A DNA stretch of 64,000 nt. Source: Octopus vulgaris. Lineage: Eukaryota. Below, in pieces: positions 27,435 through 42,666 of this stretch. The translations under genes were made by a program, and so were the position numbers. Position 1 is the stretch's first letter. Every line of letters begins with the position of its first letter. The notes under the pieces are model-generated. The model did no database searches. It was not told the DNA's origin and saw nothing but the letters and a program-made list of their open reading frames with translations. The DNA is taken from contig OX597825.1 of assembly GCA_951406725.2 (NCBI GenBank), positions 43,400,001 through 43,464,000 on the forward strand, read 5' to 3'.

Positions 27435-27810
27435 CCATTATTTGTTTCTGTCATTTGACCGAGACCATGATAGAACACTGTTTTAAAGTGTTTTAGCCGA
27501 TCAAATCGACTCCTGGATATTATTTAAGCCTGGTACTTATTCTACTGGTTTCATTTGCCGAACAACTAAGTTACGGGAACATAGACACATCAACAGAGGT
27601 TCTCAAGTGGTGATGAGGCCACAAACAAGCGCTCACACACACACAAACACACATACGACAGGCTTCTTTCAGCTTATGTCTACTAAATCCACTCACAAGG
27701 CTTCCGTAGGCCTGAGGCTACAGTAGAAGTCACTTGCCCAAGGTGCCACTCAGTGGACTGAACCCGGAACCTTGTGGGTTGGATGCAAGCTTCTTACTAC
27801 ACGGCCACGC
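27435..27810 (-). mobile_element. tRNA-derived SINE, family B (CORE-like)
   Basis: Head GCGTGGCCGTGTAGTAAG..GGTTCAGTCC followed by GGCACCTTGGGCAAGTG; homologous to the 33680 and 38424 copies. Confidence 0.8.
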
Positions 27811-27849
27811 ATACATATTATATATATGTACATATATACATATAGATAC

Positions 27850-27888
<39 letters not shown>

Positions 27889-27897
27889 CATATATAT

Positions 27898-28003
<106 letters not shown>

Positions 28004-28037
28004 TTAATCAAAATAAAAACATGATGCCAAGGAATCA

Positions 28038-28117
28038 GCGGTACATATGTTTCGGGCCTTTATTAGACGGATTTATATAACAATGCATAATGTGTGTCTA
28101 TGGCCTTCTTCAGCCGC
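28038..28117 (-). ncRNA. Type I hammerhead ribozyme
   Basis: Mirror copy of 30853-30930. Confidence 0.8.
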
Positions 28118-29329
28118 GCACAATTACTACCTCAAGGACATGTATTACATCAAAAACTCTACGTTGGGGATGCAAATCCTCTCATTCGCGTACGACATAA
28201 TGCGGCAACAGCATAAAAATGAAGCGTCCATCTCGTCCTTCTCTCAATGTAGAATGAGGAAGTTTGGATGTTGAGGTAATATAAATAAATGAATAAATAA
28301 ATATATACATATATAAATACAGACAGACGTGAAGGAACCTGGTAATAAGAGTAAATGGGGATAAAGATGGAGGGGCGAGAATTCAGGACGAAGGATAAAA
28401 AAATATAAAAATGTGAAAAATAAGAATATAAGTATAGAAAAATATAAAAATATAGAGTATAAAGATATAAAGAGATATAAAAAAGATATAAAAAAATATA
28501 AATGAATGTAAAGATATAAAGTTATAAAAAATATAAAAAAATTATCAGAAATATTATCAGAAAATTATCAGAAAGGATATAAGAATATAAAAATGTAAAA
28601 GAATATAAGGATAAGGGATATAAAGTTGTTACGGACCAACATGATGGTCAGGAAAATGACAAATTCTGTTTGTAGAAGCCGTGGGTGTCATAAATCAACC
28701 GGGGCGACTGGGGGAGTGTATTGTAAATTAGAGTCGTTTGGTTAAACCGCTTATCTAGTTCCTCGTAACGTATCAAGTGGTCATCATGTACATACGTACA
28801 CGCATGGATACATACACTCATATACACGCGTACATATACGCACGCAAACGCAACTACACGCATACAAGCATACATACGTACTCTCGTGTAAACATATACA
28901 GATATATATGGAAAAAGGCGCATGTAGTTGGGTACACGAACCGACGCGCATACGTACGTATATACATACACGCACATGCGTTCATATAGGCACACTCGCA
29001 CTTACACGCATGTACAAGACGAAGTGAATCTCTATGCGTGTGGGCAGAAATATGTATACACCTGTACTCACGACCACACCCACGCACACGGGGGAGTAGA
29101 TCCCTATGCCTATACACAAAAGTATGTATATGCACAGACACAGGTATAACAAAAAGATCCATTCTCGCACACGGGCACGATACGGAATTATAGTGGGTAC
29201 AGAAGGTAGACATGAATGTAAGAGACTTGCGGGGCAAAAAATTATGACAGAATATACATATATATACACGGACAATATACATATACATATATATACACAC
29301 ACACACATATACGCATATATATATACATA

Positions 29330-29401
<72 letters not shown>

Positions 29402-30852
29402 TATATACATACACGCACATACACACACACATGCCCGCACACGCACATATAAATGTGCAAACATACACACATACGTGTACATACATACACGCATATATAC
29501 ATACACACGGACCCACGCACACGTATCCACACGCACACACACACACATCTGTGTGTCTATATGCGCGTGTACACACACACTTACATACACAGACACACAC
29601 ACATATAGGTATAGATATAAGATATTAAAAGATGTATTAAAAAAATATATATAAAAAATATACAAAAGCATGTAAAAAAATTATTAAAAAAGTATAACAA
29701 GGGGGTACACATATAAACACAGATACTTACTCATACATACGCATATACATATATATACATATACATACACAGACACACGTATAAGCATAAAGCGGATACA
29801 TAGATAAGTAAATAAGGAAAAAAGAGCTAAAAATAGACATATATAGAGATATAAAGTGATAAAATAGGGGTAAAAATAGAAGTAAGAATAAGGGTAAAAA
29901 TAAGAATTAGAAATAAAAATAAGAAATAAAATATAAAAAATAAAATAAAAAATAAAAATAAAAATAAAAATAAAAATAAAATAAAATAAAATAAAATAAA
30001 TGTGGGCGTGAGTACAGGTGTATACATATTTCTGCCCACACGCATAGAGATTCACTTCGTCTTGTACATGCGTGTAAGTGCGAGTGTGCCTATATGAACG
30101 CATGTGCGTGTATGTATATACGTACGTATGCGCGTCGGTTCGTGTACCCAACTACATGCGCCTTTTTCCATATATATCTGTATATGTTTACACGAGAGTA
30201 CATGATGACCACTTGATACGTTACGAGGAACTAGATAAGCGGTTTAACCAAACGACTCTAATTTACAATACACTCCCCCAGTCGCCCCGGTTTATTTATG
30301 ACACCCACGGCTTCTACAAACAGAATTTGTCATTTTCCTGACCATCATGTTGGTCCGTAATAACTTTATATCCCTTATCCTTATATTCTTTTACATTTTT
30401 ATATTCTTATATCCTTTATATTTCTGATAATTTTTTAATATTTTCTATAACTTTATATCTTTACATTCATTTATATTTTTTATATCTTTTTATATCTCTT
30501 TATATCTTTATACTCTATATTTTTATATTTTTCTATACTTATATTCTTATTTTTCACATTTTTATATTTTTTTATCCTTCGTCCTGAATTCTCGCCCCTC
30601 CATCTTTATCCCCATTTACTCTTATTACCAGGTTCCTTCACGTCTGTCTGTATTTATATATGTATATATTTATTTATTCATTTATTTATATTACCTCAAC
30701 ATCCAAACTTCCTCATTCTACATTGAGAGAAGGACGAGATGGACGCTTCATTTTTATGCTGTTGCCGCATTATGTCGTACGCGAATGAGAGGATTTGCAT
30801 CCCCAACGTAGAATTTTTGATGTAATACATGTCCTTGAGGTAGTAATTGTGC

Positions 30853-30930
30853 GCGGCTGAAGAAGGCCATAGACACACATTATGCATTGTTATAAATCCG
30901 TCTAATAAAGGCCCGAAACATATGTACCGC
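30853..30930 (+). ncRNA. Type I hammerhead ribozyme
   Basis: GCGG-CTGAAGA-AGGCC ATAGAC..GTCTA..GGCCC-GAAA-C ATAT G-TA-CCGC. Confidence 0.8.
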
Positions 30931-31032
30931 TGAATCCTTGGAATCATGTTTTTATTTTGATTAATTTACTCCACCACCTACACCACCAAACGGTATATAC
31001 AGGTGCTTACAATTATCAAGTACTCACCCTGA

Positions 31033-31112
<80 letters not shown>

Positions 31113-31117
31113 TACAC

Positions 31118-32260
31118 ATAATAGAAGCAAATAGACAAACTTGTAATCACTAAAATTTATCTCAATCTGAAATTATACATTCAAAATATTTATTACACGT
31201 TATAATGTTAATATTTTATATGCAAGGACCCTATTAGGCATGTTACTGATCACATGACGAATATTCTCTTGCGGTTTTTCTTGCCAAGTTTCATGCGGTA
31301 ATCTCTAAAGATCTGCCTTTGATGACACTTTCTTGTTCTTTTTATGAAGTGTCCTGTCCATTATGTCCCAGAAGTGTTCAATAAGGTTTATATCTGGTGA
31401 TTGCCTTGACGATGAAAACTTCTTAATGCCATTCTCACCCAACAAATCTTGTATCGTTTTAGCCGTGTGACAAGAGCCCCATCATCCATAGATAAGAGTC
31501 TTCTTTAATAATTTCACCACTGGAGGAATTTGGAAGGAGTCCTTTCTGTAATATGGACACATATTTATCTGAGTTCATGTTTTCCTCACACTCCACCAGC
31601 TCTTTTGAACCATTGCACCGAATTGCTCCTCAGACCATTTCAGAATAGCTGCCGTGTTTCATTATTGGTTGCAATCTTTTCACATAAAATTTTTGATCAC
31701 AGAATCTCCAGACCCACACTCGACCACTGTCAAGAAATACAGCAAATCTGGACTAGTCTGAGAATATGACAGTATCCTAAAAGGTAGTGGCCTCTCCACC
31801 ATCTCACTAGCCCAATCTTTTCTCCTCTTGGTGTTGGCTTGTCGAAGAAGTTGGTTGCTTCTTCCAGGTCTGCCATAGTAACCAAATTTGTGCATATACC
31901 TGACAACTGTCTGAGACTGACATCAACTTGTTCTGCTATGTCTTGCAAAGACTCGCAACGAGGATTATCCTTCATGCTTCTGTTAGTAATGAGAAAGGTC
32001 TTGTCAGAGGGACCTGGCTGATCTGGCCGAGGTTATGTGGACTCCGTGCCCTCTCTGGTGAATTGCACAATCAATCTATTAATCGTAGAAGACGGGATCT
32101 CAAGGTTTTCTTCGATTTTACATTAACTAGGTTTACCTTCAAAATGACCCACAATGAGCCCCCTTTCAAATACATGGCATGACTAAACAGTCACATATAG
32201 AACCTAAAACATAAAAATATCAATTTATAATAATTATAAACCTGTACATGTTAGAATAAA
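31118..32260 (-). mobile_element. Decayed Tc1-like transposon
   Basis: MKDNPRCESLQDIAEQVDVS (HTH); KRRKDWA; QSPDINLIEHFWDIM. Confidence 0.75.
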
Positions 32261-32332
32261 CATAAAACGATGCTTTATGAGGTGTCTATTTACTTCTGGC
32301 ATGTGTTTGTGTATGTGCCTGTGTGTGTGTGC

Positions 32333-32386
<54 letters not shown>

Positions 32387-32834
32387 AGAAGTAACAACAT
32401 TGTAGCTCTTCACTCCGACATTCAAAGCTACGAGCACTATGACAACCTTTTACTGTTTGTTCTCGATTATAACACACAAACACACACATATATATATACA
32501 CACATATACATATATATATATATATATATATATGTACGTGTTTGTATGTATGTATATATATACATACATATATGTGTATATGAATATACGCATATATATA
32601 TGTATGTATACATACATACACACGCACAGACACATATATACAGCTGCCTGGCACCTGGATGACGAAAAGAAGAAAATACTCCATTTCTTTATGAAGATAA
32701 TCGGTGCTCAGTACCATAGCATACAAAATACATTTACAATTACAACCGTACAATAATACAGTATATTACATTTGTATTTGAAACATGTGTGCTTCAACCT
32801 TCGTGAATATTACGCACATTGTATGTATATATAC

Positions 32835-32893
<59 letters not shown>

Positions 32894-33611
32894 AATGTGT
32901 GTGCTTAATTATATTTGCATGGTTGAATACATATGTGTAGAAATGCATGTTTACAAGCGTATATGTTTACCATATTCGTGCATGTTATATCTTTATGAAG
33001 TGGGCCGTAAGCATACATGGCTACTTGCTTTTATGTACTAATATATGTATACAAATGTAAGCATTGTTGTATCATTTTACACATTCGATGCATCTTATTT
33101 ATGTATGTAGATTTTATATTGTCAATGGCAATATATCTGAGACAATATTTATGCGCTACTAATGTTTCTAAATCTATTTTCTCACCTATACACGCACACA
33201 TGCGCAGATGAAGGCAGAGCCACATGCACAAACATTTACCCATACGGAAATCTTATGTTATCTGTTCCTAGATTTCTTCTATTTTACTCTAAATATGCTT
33301 TCTTCTTATCCAATTTATTTATCTAATGTTTCTTTAAAATGCTTCACGAATCTTAATCTTCATCTAGGATTCATGCTATATCCGTTAATGTTGTTTCTGC
33401 AACTGCTATATATAGTCAATCCATTATTTTCGGTATATGTATTTTGCAGCTACAGTACCAGAATGCTCTCAAAAACCATCAATTAATCACTACTCGTAAC
33501 TCCATGCAGTGGGATTTATAAAACAATCACTTCAAGCATTCCCAACAATCGACAAAACGGTAGTCACATACGATCTGACACACTATCTTACTTCTCACTC
33601 CTTTTAACTTA

Positions 33612-33644
<33 letters not shown>

Positions 33645-33679
33645 ACATACAAACACACACACACACTCATATATATACA

Positions 33680-33893
33680 TTCTTTTACTCGTTTCAGTCA
33701 TTTGACTGGGGCCATGCTGAAGCACCGCATTAAGTTGAACAAATCGAGCCCAGGAATTATTCTTTTTAAGCCTAGTACTTATTCTATCGGTTTCTTTTGC
33801 CGAACTGCTAATTTACGGAGACGTAAACACACCAACATGGATTGTCAAGTGATGGTGGGGGAGAAAACACATGCACTCACACAAACACACACA

Positions 33894-33965
<72 letters not shown>

Positions 33966-34124
33966 CAACGGGCTTCTTTCAATCTCCCTCTACCAAATGT
34001 CCTGACAAGGCTTTGTTCAGCCTTCTAAAGTAGAAGACACTAGCCCAAGGTGCCGAGCAGTGGGACTGAATCTGGAACCGTGTAGATGGGAAGCAAGCTT
34101 CTTACCACCCAGACATTTCTGCGC

Positions 34125-34126
<2 letters not shown>
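33680..34126 (-). mobile_element. SINE family B with internal (CA)n expansion
   Basis: Homologous to 27435-27810. Confidence 0.8.
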
Positions 34127-34167
<41 letters not shown>

Positions 34168-34168
<1 letters not shown>

Positions 34169-34611
34169 AGCCTTGACCAAAAATATTAGGCTACCTCAAT
34201 GTTTTGGGGTTCTGCTCTCTCAGTGTTAATGAAACTTGCACATGGTAGATTATAGTATATTTCAAAATATACATTACTTTTAATATCTAGTTGATCCTCC
34301 TTTAGCATCAGTTACTCATAATTGGTTGCATATGTACTGTACGTATGCAACCAATTATAGGTAAGACCAACGTCCAAAATTAACTTATATTTCCTTGATT
34401 ATTTCTGAGTTTTATGCTGAAATACGTTCTGAATACAGATAATAAACAGTAAAATGCCTAAAACAAAGGAGTTGAGTGAGTGAGCGAAGTCAAATCGTAC
34501 CTCATCATGAAGATGGAATTTCTCAAAGGCAAATTGCTCATAAGTTAAAAAGTTATCGATGTGCGATGCAAACGACTCTCAAGCGCTTCAGGAAAACAAA
34601 AGATGTGAAGA
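34168..34611 (+). mobile_element. Tc1-like 5' end (TIR and paired-like HTH start)
   Basis: TA followed by CAGCCTTGACCAAAAATATTAG; MPKTKELSE..DGISQRQIAHKL..QTTLKRFRKT. Confidence 0.7.
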
Positions 34612-35880
34612 AAGATATTCTTAGGTTTAGTAGAAAGTGATATTTTATAATATGAAGAGAGGTCATTTGGAAGAGTAAATTATTCAAATTTCATCGATAG
34701 TGAGTTGATATTAATGAATTAAAGTATAGGATCTATTGGGATTAAAATTTACTACCTGCGGATAAAAGTTAATTAAATAGGTAAAAATATCTTAGGTTAA
34801 TTATATATTAAGAAATGGGAGTGAGATAATCAGGATTAACCAAATAGTTTCCCTAGGGACATAGGATTAACACTACTTAGTATTGGAAAACATTATAAAA
34901 AAGAAGAATTTATTTCTCAGTTTGCAGTGAAGTTTTTTAATCATTTATGAGTGTTAAACTAAAACCAGTATGGTATATTCGTTCCTATTTGGTTAAATAT
35001 ATATTGTGTAAAGATATCTTAGACTAATTATATATTAAGAAATGGAAGTGAGATAATCAAGGTGAATCGAATAGTTTCTTTAGGGACATAGGATTTATAC
35101 TATTTAGTATTCCTACTATTTGGGATTCATACTATTTAGGGTTCCAACTATTTAGATTCATAGAGTTTAATTTTAGAAAAAAGAAGGATTCAATTTTAAG
35201 TTTGCAGTGAAGTTTTTTAGTCATCTATGAATGTTAAATTGAAAGCCAGTATGGTATATCCCTTCCTATTTGGTTATAAAGAATAAAAATTTGAAAAATA
35301 TAGGAATATTCACAAAATTATTATTTAAAGTATTTAAACGTTCGGGTCGTACGATGTTTACAAGATACTCACAGCTGCAAACGGTTATTCAACAGATTTG
35401 TATTACTCTGATGTTTTAAAATTTCATAAGTTTCCATAGAACACAGTAGATAGTTAATTTCCTAGACGTTACCTTAGACTTAAATTCAAAGTTACATTAC
35501 CCATTTAGAAAAGAGGGCGAAATTACCAAATATGTAAGTAAGTCATCCAATCACCCCCTGAATATACTAAAATCATTAGTTAAAATATTTCTCAGAGAAT
35601 TTCAAAATTATCATCAAATAGTGAAATCTTTAACTCTACTCTTCCAAATGACCTCTCTTTATATTATAAAGTATCACTTTCTACTAAACCTATAAATATC
35701 TTCTTTCTTTGATTTTCCCTCTTCCATCTTTCTTAGTATATATTTTGACCCCTAATATGTTCACTTGATTAATAAGGCTTTTCCCCCTAGTTAATAAGTA
35801 CTATGCCTACTCATAATAAGTGATAGTCTTTTTCTCCAAATTGAATAAATTTTGGATTTATATTTTTTCCTTTATTCTAA
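34612..35880. mobile_element. Rearranged Naiad-type PLE: minus-strand EN end and 3' UTR, plus-strand thumb
   Basis: 35280-35446 is a reverse-complement homolog of 14325-14480. 35452-35635 reads [34 protein letters not shown]. Inverted repeat 34612-34677 / 35636-35702. Confidence 0.75.
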
Positions 35881-35938
35881 CGTGTCAAAGTACTTGGAAC
35901 TTATGGACTAACTGTTGTGATGATGTGCCCGTTAGGCA

Positions 35939-35981
35939 TCTGGAGACATGTTTCAGGGTATTTTCCCTTTATCAATGCAGA
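35939..35981 (-). ncRNA. Minimal hammerhead, U3-A8 variant (stem I mismatch)
   Basis: Direct repeat of 36300-36342, 361 nt away. Confidence 0.65.
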
Positions 35982-36299
35982 GTAGCCGAACCCAGCAGGC
36001 GTCGCTGCTGACCGTCTGTTCGAAGGATTATTCACCTAATTTCAGTGGAATGCATCCACTGGTTTTCAGAAATAGAAATATTATTATTTCTAATTCTCTC
36101 TAAAGTAGACTATGGCAGCGGTACTGAATACTAACAGCTATCACCGAGCTAATATGGCAGTCCATAAATATAGGACGAAAGCTGCCGTTGATTAGCTCCA
36201 AGAGGCCATCGCCTCTAGCTAGCTATATGACACACGAACCTGTGTCCATTATAACCTTCGAACAGGGGAGGTCAGTCGCTTCCCCTTGCTTGTCAGGCA

Positions 36300-36342
36300 T
36301 CTGCAGACATGTTTCAGGGTATTTGCCCTTTATCAATGCAGA
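36300..36342 (-). ncRNA. Minimal hammerhead, U3-A8 variant
   Basis: TCTGCA-TTGATAA-AGGG CAAATA CCCT-GAAA-CATG-TC-TGCAGA. Confidence 0.8.
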
Positions 36343-36928
36343 GTAGCCGGTGACAATCTGCCTGGCATCTGTATAACGAAAAGAAGAAAATACTCCATTT
36401 CTTTATGAAGATAATCGGTGGCAATCTGTTCGTTAGCAAATAGGAATAGAAATGTTTTTAACGATAGAACCAGTAATATTTTTGGGAAGATTTCAATTCT
36501 TACTTACGCATTTAAGGTTATTTAAGAGTTTGTAGTACGGTTCTCATACTCTTCTCCAAATTAACTTTTAGAAAATTCATTTTACTATCTTCATTTTCAA
36601 CGATTTAAAGAGTCTTTACCAGGATCTCCCTAGATTTACATTAGTAGCTTTAGATACAGTAAGATTCATGATCCCTAGCCTAGAATATGATTACATTTGA
36701 ATTCTAAAATCTCTTCACCCACCTTGAAAAAAGCTGCATGGGAATGTCTGCCTCGGATGAATGTGTACTGCAACTGAATCAACTAAATTAATATAAATGT
36801 TATATCAAAGAAAATTAGAACACTTATCAAGCAGAAGCATGTCAGATTGGAATTTTACGCGAATAATACTGTAATAAACAAATTTTGAAGATGTATAATT
36901 CTACATTCTTCTTTATAATGTCTTGATC

Positions 36929-37005
<77 letters not shown>

Positions 37006-37006
37006 C

Positions 37007-37055
<49 letters not shown>
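36929..37055. repeat. (GATA)n microsatellite
   Basis: Directly visible. Confidence 0.95.
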
Positions 37056-37176
37056 CACATATACATACATATATACACACACATGGAGACAGATAAAGAT
37101 ACATTGATTGATTGATTATTAGATTTATAGGTAGACAGATAGATTTATAGATAGACCTACATACACGCACTTACAC

Positions 37177-37211
<35 letters not shown>

Positions 37212-38423
37212 GTATATATTATGTGTTTGTGTGTGTATACAATGAAATTTTATGGCACAAGTAATAATATTGAGTCTCTGAAAGTGCGCAAATGACGAGG
37301 ATTCAATAAACTTTTGTCCATCTTACGAATTATTATTCTCAGTTTTTAGAATAACATGTAACATTTAATCTGATAAAAAGTGGTTCGATTGCATCAGCTT
37401 TAGGAATGTAGCTATAGTTGATTTCTATGGAATAGAAATTGGCTACATTGAGGAGAAATGGGAGTTTAGGATGCTGCCATTAGTGAAAAATATAAATAAA
37501 CTTTCACTAGAAATTGAAACTTACTCATGTGTTTGCTTATCAGGAGATGATTTTTGGTTAACGTCGCAATACAGATTTTTCATAATGAACATAAATTTAT
37601 ATAATTTAAAATTTCACTTACGAATGTGTTTGATTTGTTTATTTTTCCTACAAAATTTATGGAATTAAGGACACTTAAACATAGAAACTCACATAGGCAA
37701 ATATACACGCGATATATATTAATGAAAATTGATGAAAATATAATATTATGATAGGATATAAACATTAATTCCCATAATTATGAAAACAAAAAAATTGCTT
37801 TCAAAAAGTAGATGAAACAAAGAAACGGAAAGTCATAATAAATTCAAATATATTTTCATATTCCCCAATTTAGATTACACTCTCTTGACAAACTTTAAAT
37901 CACTGATAATTCCACTTCGAAATACGATTTACAAAATAAACAAACAATTATGGATGTTAATAATATTATTAGCTTTTGTGTTATTTATTTTGTTTTGTTT
38001 TTTACGAGAGAAGCTATTTAATTATCATTATATTTATTTTCATTATCATTAATTTCAATTTATGAAAGGAAAGGAAAATTTTTCTGAAAAAGCTTTTTAT
38101 TCAAATTGGTAAAAATGTAATCATTTACACGTGTATTTGATAAGGAAATTATTTCATCTGGCAATTTATCATGATCGTGATGACCATCGTCTTCATCGTC
38201 ATTGTAATAATCATCATCGTCAATTATTCGGTAATTTTTTTTTATTTTCATCGTCATATTTGTTGCATTTAATATTACTAGTAACTCCTTAAAGCGCTGA
38301 ATAGTGTTCGATTGCTGCATAAATGTTACTTTTTTTAAAATCAAACATCAACAGTGTAAATTTCATTGACGTGGCACATAGAAATTTAATCCTACTTTAT
38401 GTAAACCCTTTAGGATTATATCT

Positions 38424-38787
38424 TTTTTCTTTTACTTGTATCAGTTATCAGACTTCGACCATACAGAATTTTAATCGAACGAATCGACTCCAGTACATAT
38501 ATTTTTAGAGCCAGGTACTTGTCCTATTGGTCTCTTTGCGAACCGCTATGTTACGAGGGCGTAAACACACCAACGTCAGTTTTCAAACTGTGGTGGCGAA
38601 AAACACACAAAAATACGCATAGATACATACACACACACACACACACACACACATACACACAAATCTACTCTCAAATCTTTGGTAGGCACGAGGCTGCAGT
38701 AAAAAGCACTTGCCCAATGTGCCACGCAGAGGGACTGAACATAAAACCTAGTGGTTGGGAAGCAAGCTTCTAACCACATGGCCTAAT
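38424..38787 (-). mobile_element. SINE family B (diverged)
   Basis: Homologous to 27435-27810. Confidence 0.75.
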
Positions 38788-39642
38788 GCATACTCATACA
38801 CACACACATAAACGAAATTACAGCACATACAAAAATATATGCATGTATACATGAAACCTATTTCGTATAAAATGAAGATACCATCAGCAGTAATTAATTT
38901 TCTCCTCACGACGTACATATATCTTAATCCCAATTTTATAAGGAAAATTGAATTGTCTTTTATCTCTGAATTAAATGTATTGCATTTCTAATATATTATA
39001 TATTAAGAAGAATCATCGCTCTATTTTTTCAAAAATGTAATTTAACTTCATAATTGCTCTTTAGTGGATATACATACACATTCATGTATTTGTGTGTGTG
39101 TACGCGTATGATAAAAATTGTACATGAATGCAAATGGATAAATCGACTTAGCGAAATATATAATCTTAAAATTAATTTATATGAATTAATCTAAAAATTG
39201 AGATTGGTTATTCACAAATATGAATATTTGAAGAACTGCTACGCAAAATATATTACATACAGATGCATGTCAAGTGTAACTAATTTGTAACAAAATTCCA
39301 GTGTATATCTGATATGTTTGATAATGAAAAATACAACATGTACTCTTCGATAGATTACCCTATTTATAAATTATGATGAAGCACTTAATAATACCTGATG
39401 CTACAACAATGAATGCAGTGGGCTTCTTAAACATTGATAATGAGCACATAATTGTGCCACTCATTAAAATCAAAGTGATCTATTTGCGTTGTTTTAATGT
39501 ATGAACGAAGAGATATTATATTATCTAATTAATGACAGTAATGTTTAGAAAATCATGATTATATGCTTTCATCAAGTGTATCTACGCTTTGTCCAAATTA
39601 TGATTGTTTTTTAATGGGTATTCATACCCGAGCGCGCGCGCA

Positions 39643-39694
<52 letters not shown>

Positions 39695-39825
39695 CGTGTG
39701 TGTGAGTGTGTGTGAGTTTATGTATTTGCGTTCTTGAAAAGAGCATGATGGTGATATGATGCATAAAGCTGTCTGTTACCATGACAGCATCGTTGCATGA
39801 GGTTATTCCTCTTTTCTTTCAAACA

Positions 39826-40024
39826 ATTCTTTCTACAATAGGCACAAGGCGTGAAATTCTGGGGAAGAGGCTAGTCAAGTTCACCAACCTCAGGGCTCAA
39901 CTGGTACTTATTTTATGGACCCGGAAAGAGTTAAAAAGCAAAATCAGAGTGTAAGGCCGGAACAAATATCGCTAAGTATATTGTCTGGCATGTTTACGAT
40001 TCAATTCTGTTAGCTCGCCGCCTT
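39826..40024 (-). mobile_element. SINE family C (diverged)
   Basis: Ends GCTCGCCGCCTT; contains CAACTGGTACTTATTTTAT. Confidence 0.7.
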
Positions 40025-40829
40025 ACTTCTCTTTCTCTCTCCCCTTCTCTCCCTCTCACTTTTTCTCTCTTCCACCCTAAGCCCGTAGATTCATACTGTA
40101 AAGCTTATGCCGTTATGTTACAGCCAAGTCAGTTAAAAGATGCCTTTCTCTCTAAATATGTACTGTCCTTAAGAGTTAAACACTGCAGACTAATGAAATC
40201 TTTATTTTATAGATTTTCCGCTGTCAGGTTTGTCAATACTTGAATTTCATGGATATGGCAAATTTCGTCGTCAATATAGTAATAAATAAAAAAATTTTCT
40301 ATGTAGAACATACCATCATCTCCATCTACAGGGGCAAACATAAATAAAAGCAAAGCATATAATTATGTATCTACAGAGATATATGATAGCTATATATAGT
40401 ATTTAGTGTTTGGGTGACTATTCAAAGTTAATGACTACTTACTTAAAATTAAGAATATCCGTATTTAGAACAGAAAAAAGGAAATAAAAAGTGTAACGTC
40501 TGAAGAAGTATAAGTGATCGAGTAGCAACAACAGAGAACTGAATCTGAACCAGCGTAAGTAAATTATATTCTTAATCCATGATATCAAACAGATGCAAAA
40601 TTTAGTATAAGATTATTTTCAGTAGACATAATGGTCTTTAATTTAAGGTAGAGAAAGCTAAAAACGTGACATACTGCAGTTCTGAAGAGAATTCAAGCTG
40701 TAAATAATTTCTATATATAATTGAAATCTGATGTGTCTAATTCAGCTCACCAAAATCTTACCTCTAAACTTTAAAACACACTGTAAAATATATCTCTCAA
40801 TCGATCTTCGGCCTAAATATACATTCCTC

Positions 40830-40873
<44 letters not shown>

Positions 40874-41263
40874 ACTATCTATCTATCTATCTATCTATCT
40901 ATCCATCCATATTTATATACATATATATACATACATATATATGTATATATACACATATATATCTACATATATATACATATATATATTTATACACACACAC
41001 ACACATTACTGATATTGCATTCTCACAAGAGAATTAATTCATATATCTCTACTTTGTAGTCATTCAACCGGTTTTATTCTCTTTCCATATAGATATTGAG
41101 CACAAGCAGACATTGACTTGGATATGAGAGGGAAACAGCGGGAAGTCAAGAAAAATAAGCGAGAAAATGAGAGATAAAATTAAAGAGAAATATTAACACA
41201 CACAGTCATACATAGATGCATATCAACATATACATAGATAGATGTATTTATACATACACCTGC

Positions 41264-41296
<33 letters not shown>

Positions 41297-41361
41297 CATA
41301 CATGCATACATAAACATATATATATAAATGCATATACAAATATATATATATACGTATATAA

Positions 41362-41406
<45 letters not shown>

Positions 41407-42466
41407 TATATATATATATATATATGCATATATAGAAGTATATATATGTATGTGTGTGTTTGTGTGTATGTGTATATATATATTTGTGTGTGTGTTTGTA
41501 TAGACACACACACAATCTTTGAATATATTTCTCCGAAGTGTACAGGTTGAAAAGACCAAAAGAATACAATTTGTAACCAGGCAAACAAATATACTTCTTA
41601 CTTTTATTGCATTTCTTTCAGAAGACATCCATTATAGCAAAAACAGTACCCCTCGTTATTATTCTTTGTATTCTCAGAAACTTGTTTCCATCACAATGAA
41701 ATTATTTGAGGTAATAAGTGATATTGAGCCAAGAATACTGCAGCATTTGCTCATACGTAGTAATATAAATGACTGCTTTGATGCATGCATTTCTTACCGC
41801 AGAAAATGATTCTGTCCAGACACTAGAGTGGATTGGATGGAAATACGTATTGACAGTGACTACTATTAAACAGAATTTGTCGGAAAATATTAATGGGAAT
41901 ATCTCTGCAAGAGCTAAAGGTCATTGCTAGTTGTAAACAACCAAACAACTCTAATGTGAATAACTAGGAAACTGATGTCCACTGATGATGTGATTTCGAG
42001 GATGGTTTAAATCTGAAATTGCTTTGAAAGCAGAATCGTTATATAAAATACTTCTGAGATATAAGTCGATAGCAATTCTTAATGATATTTAGCACATAGA
42101 ATATGTTTTTAAAGTAAAATGTCTCCTCATTTCATATAAACAGTTAAATCAATGTTTGTTACAATTCGTCTTTGTACATACAACACTATCTTGAGCTCAA
42201 AGACTCGAACCTGGAAGAAAGAAAATATGTCTATATTCCACGTTATTTCTAATTGATCGGTTTACAACGATGTTTTTCCTAAATTACCTCTTTTGTATTG
42301 AAAATATATGAAAAAATTCTCATCACTGTCCTTCTCCGACACTTGTATTAGTACGTATATGTGTGTCAGAGAGTATATGTTGTGTCTATGTATGCATGTA
42401 TATATACACGTATGTGTGTATGTATGTACGTATGAGCGTATGTATGTATGCATGTATGTATTTATG

Positions 42467-42502
<36 letters not shown>

Positions 42503-42531
42503 CATATATATATATATGTATGTGTGTGTGT

Positions 42532-42571
<40 letters not shown>

Positions 42572-42666
42572 ATATAATTCTTTTATTAATCTTACTAGCG
42601 AGAAGTGTATGAGAATTGTATGTTGCTAATGACATAAGCATATATAGCCTTGGAGAGAACGTGAAA

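Noticed and set aside
37405-37450. miRNA-like hairpin AATGTAGC..ATTTCTAT/ATAGAAAT..GCTACATT
   Set aside because: Short, AT-rich, with a large asymmetric bulge and no recognisable mature miRNA.
41595-41716. Possible host exon (TTTCTTTCAG acceptor at 41621, GAG|GTAATA donor at 41710)
   Set aside because: No recognisable protein and no partner exons; such signals arise by chance in AT-rich DNA. RNA-seq is needed.
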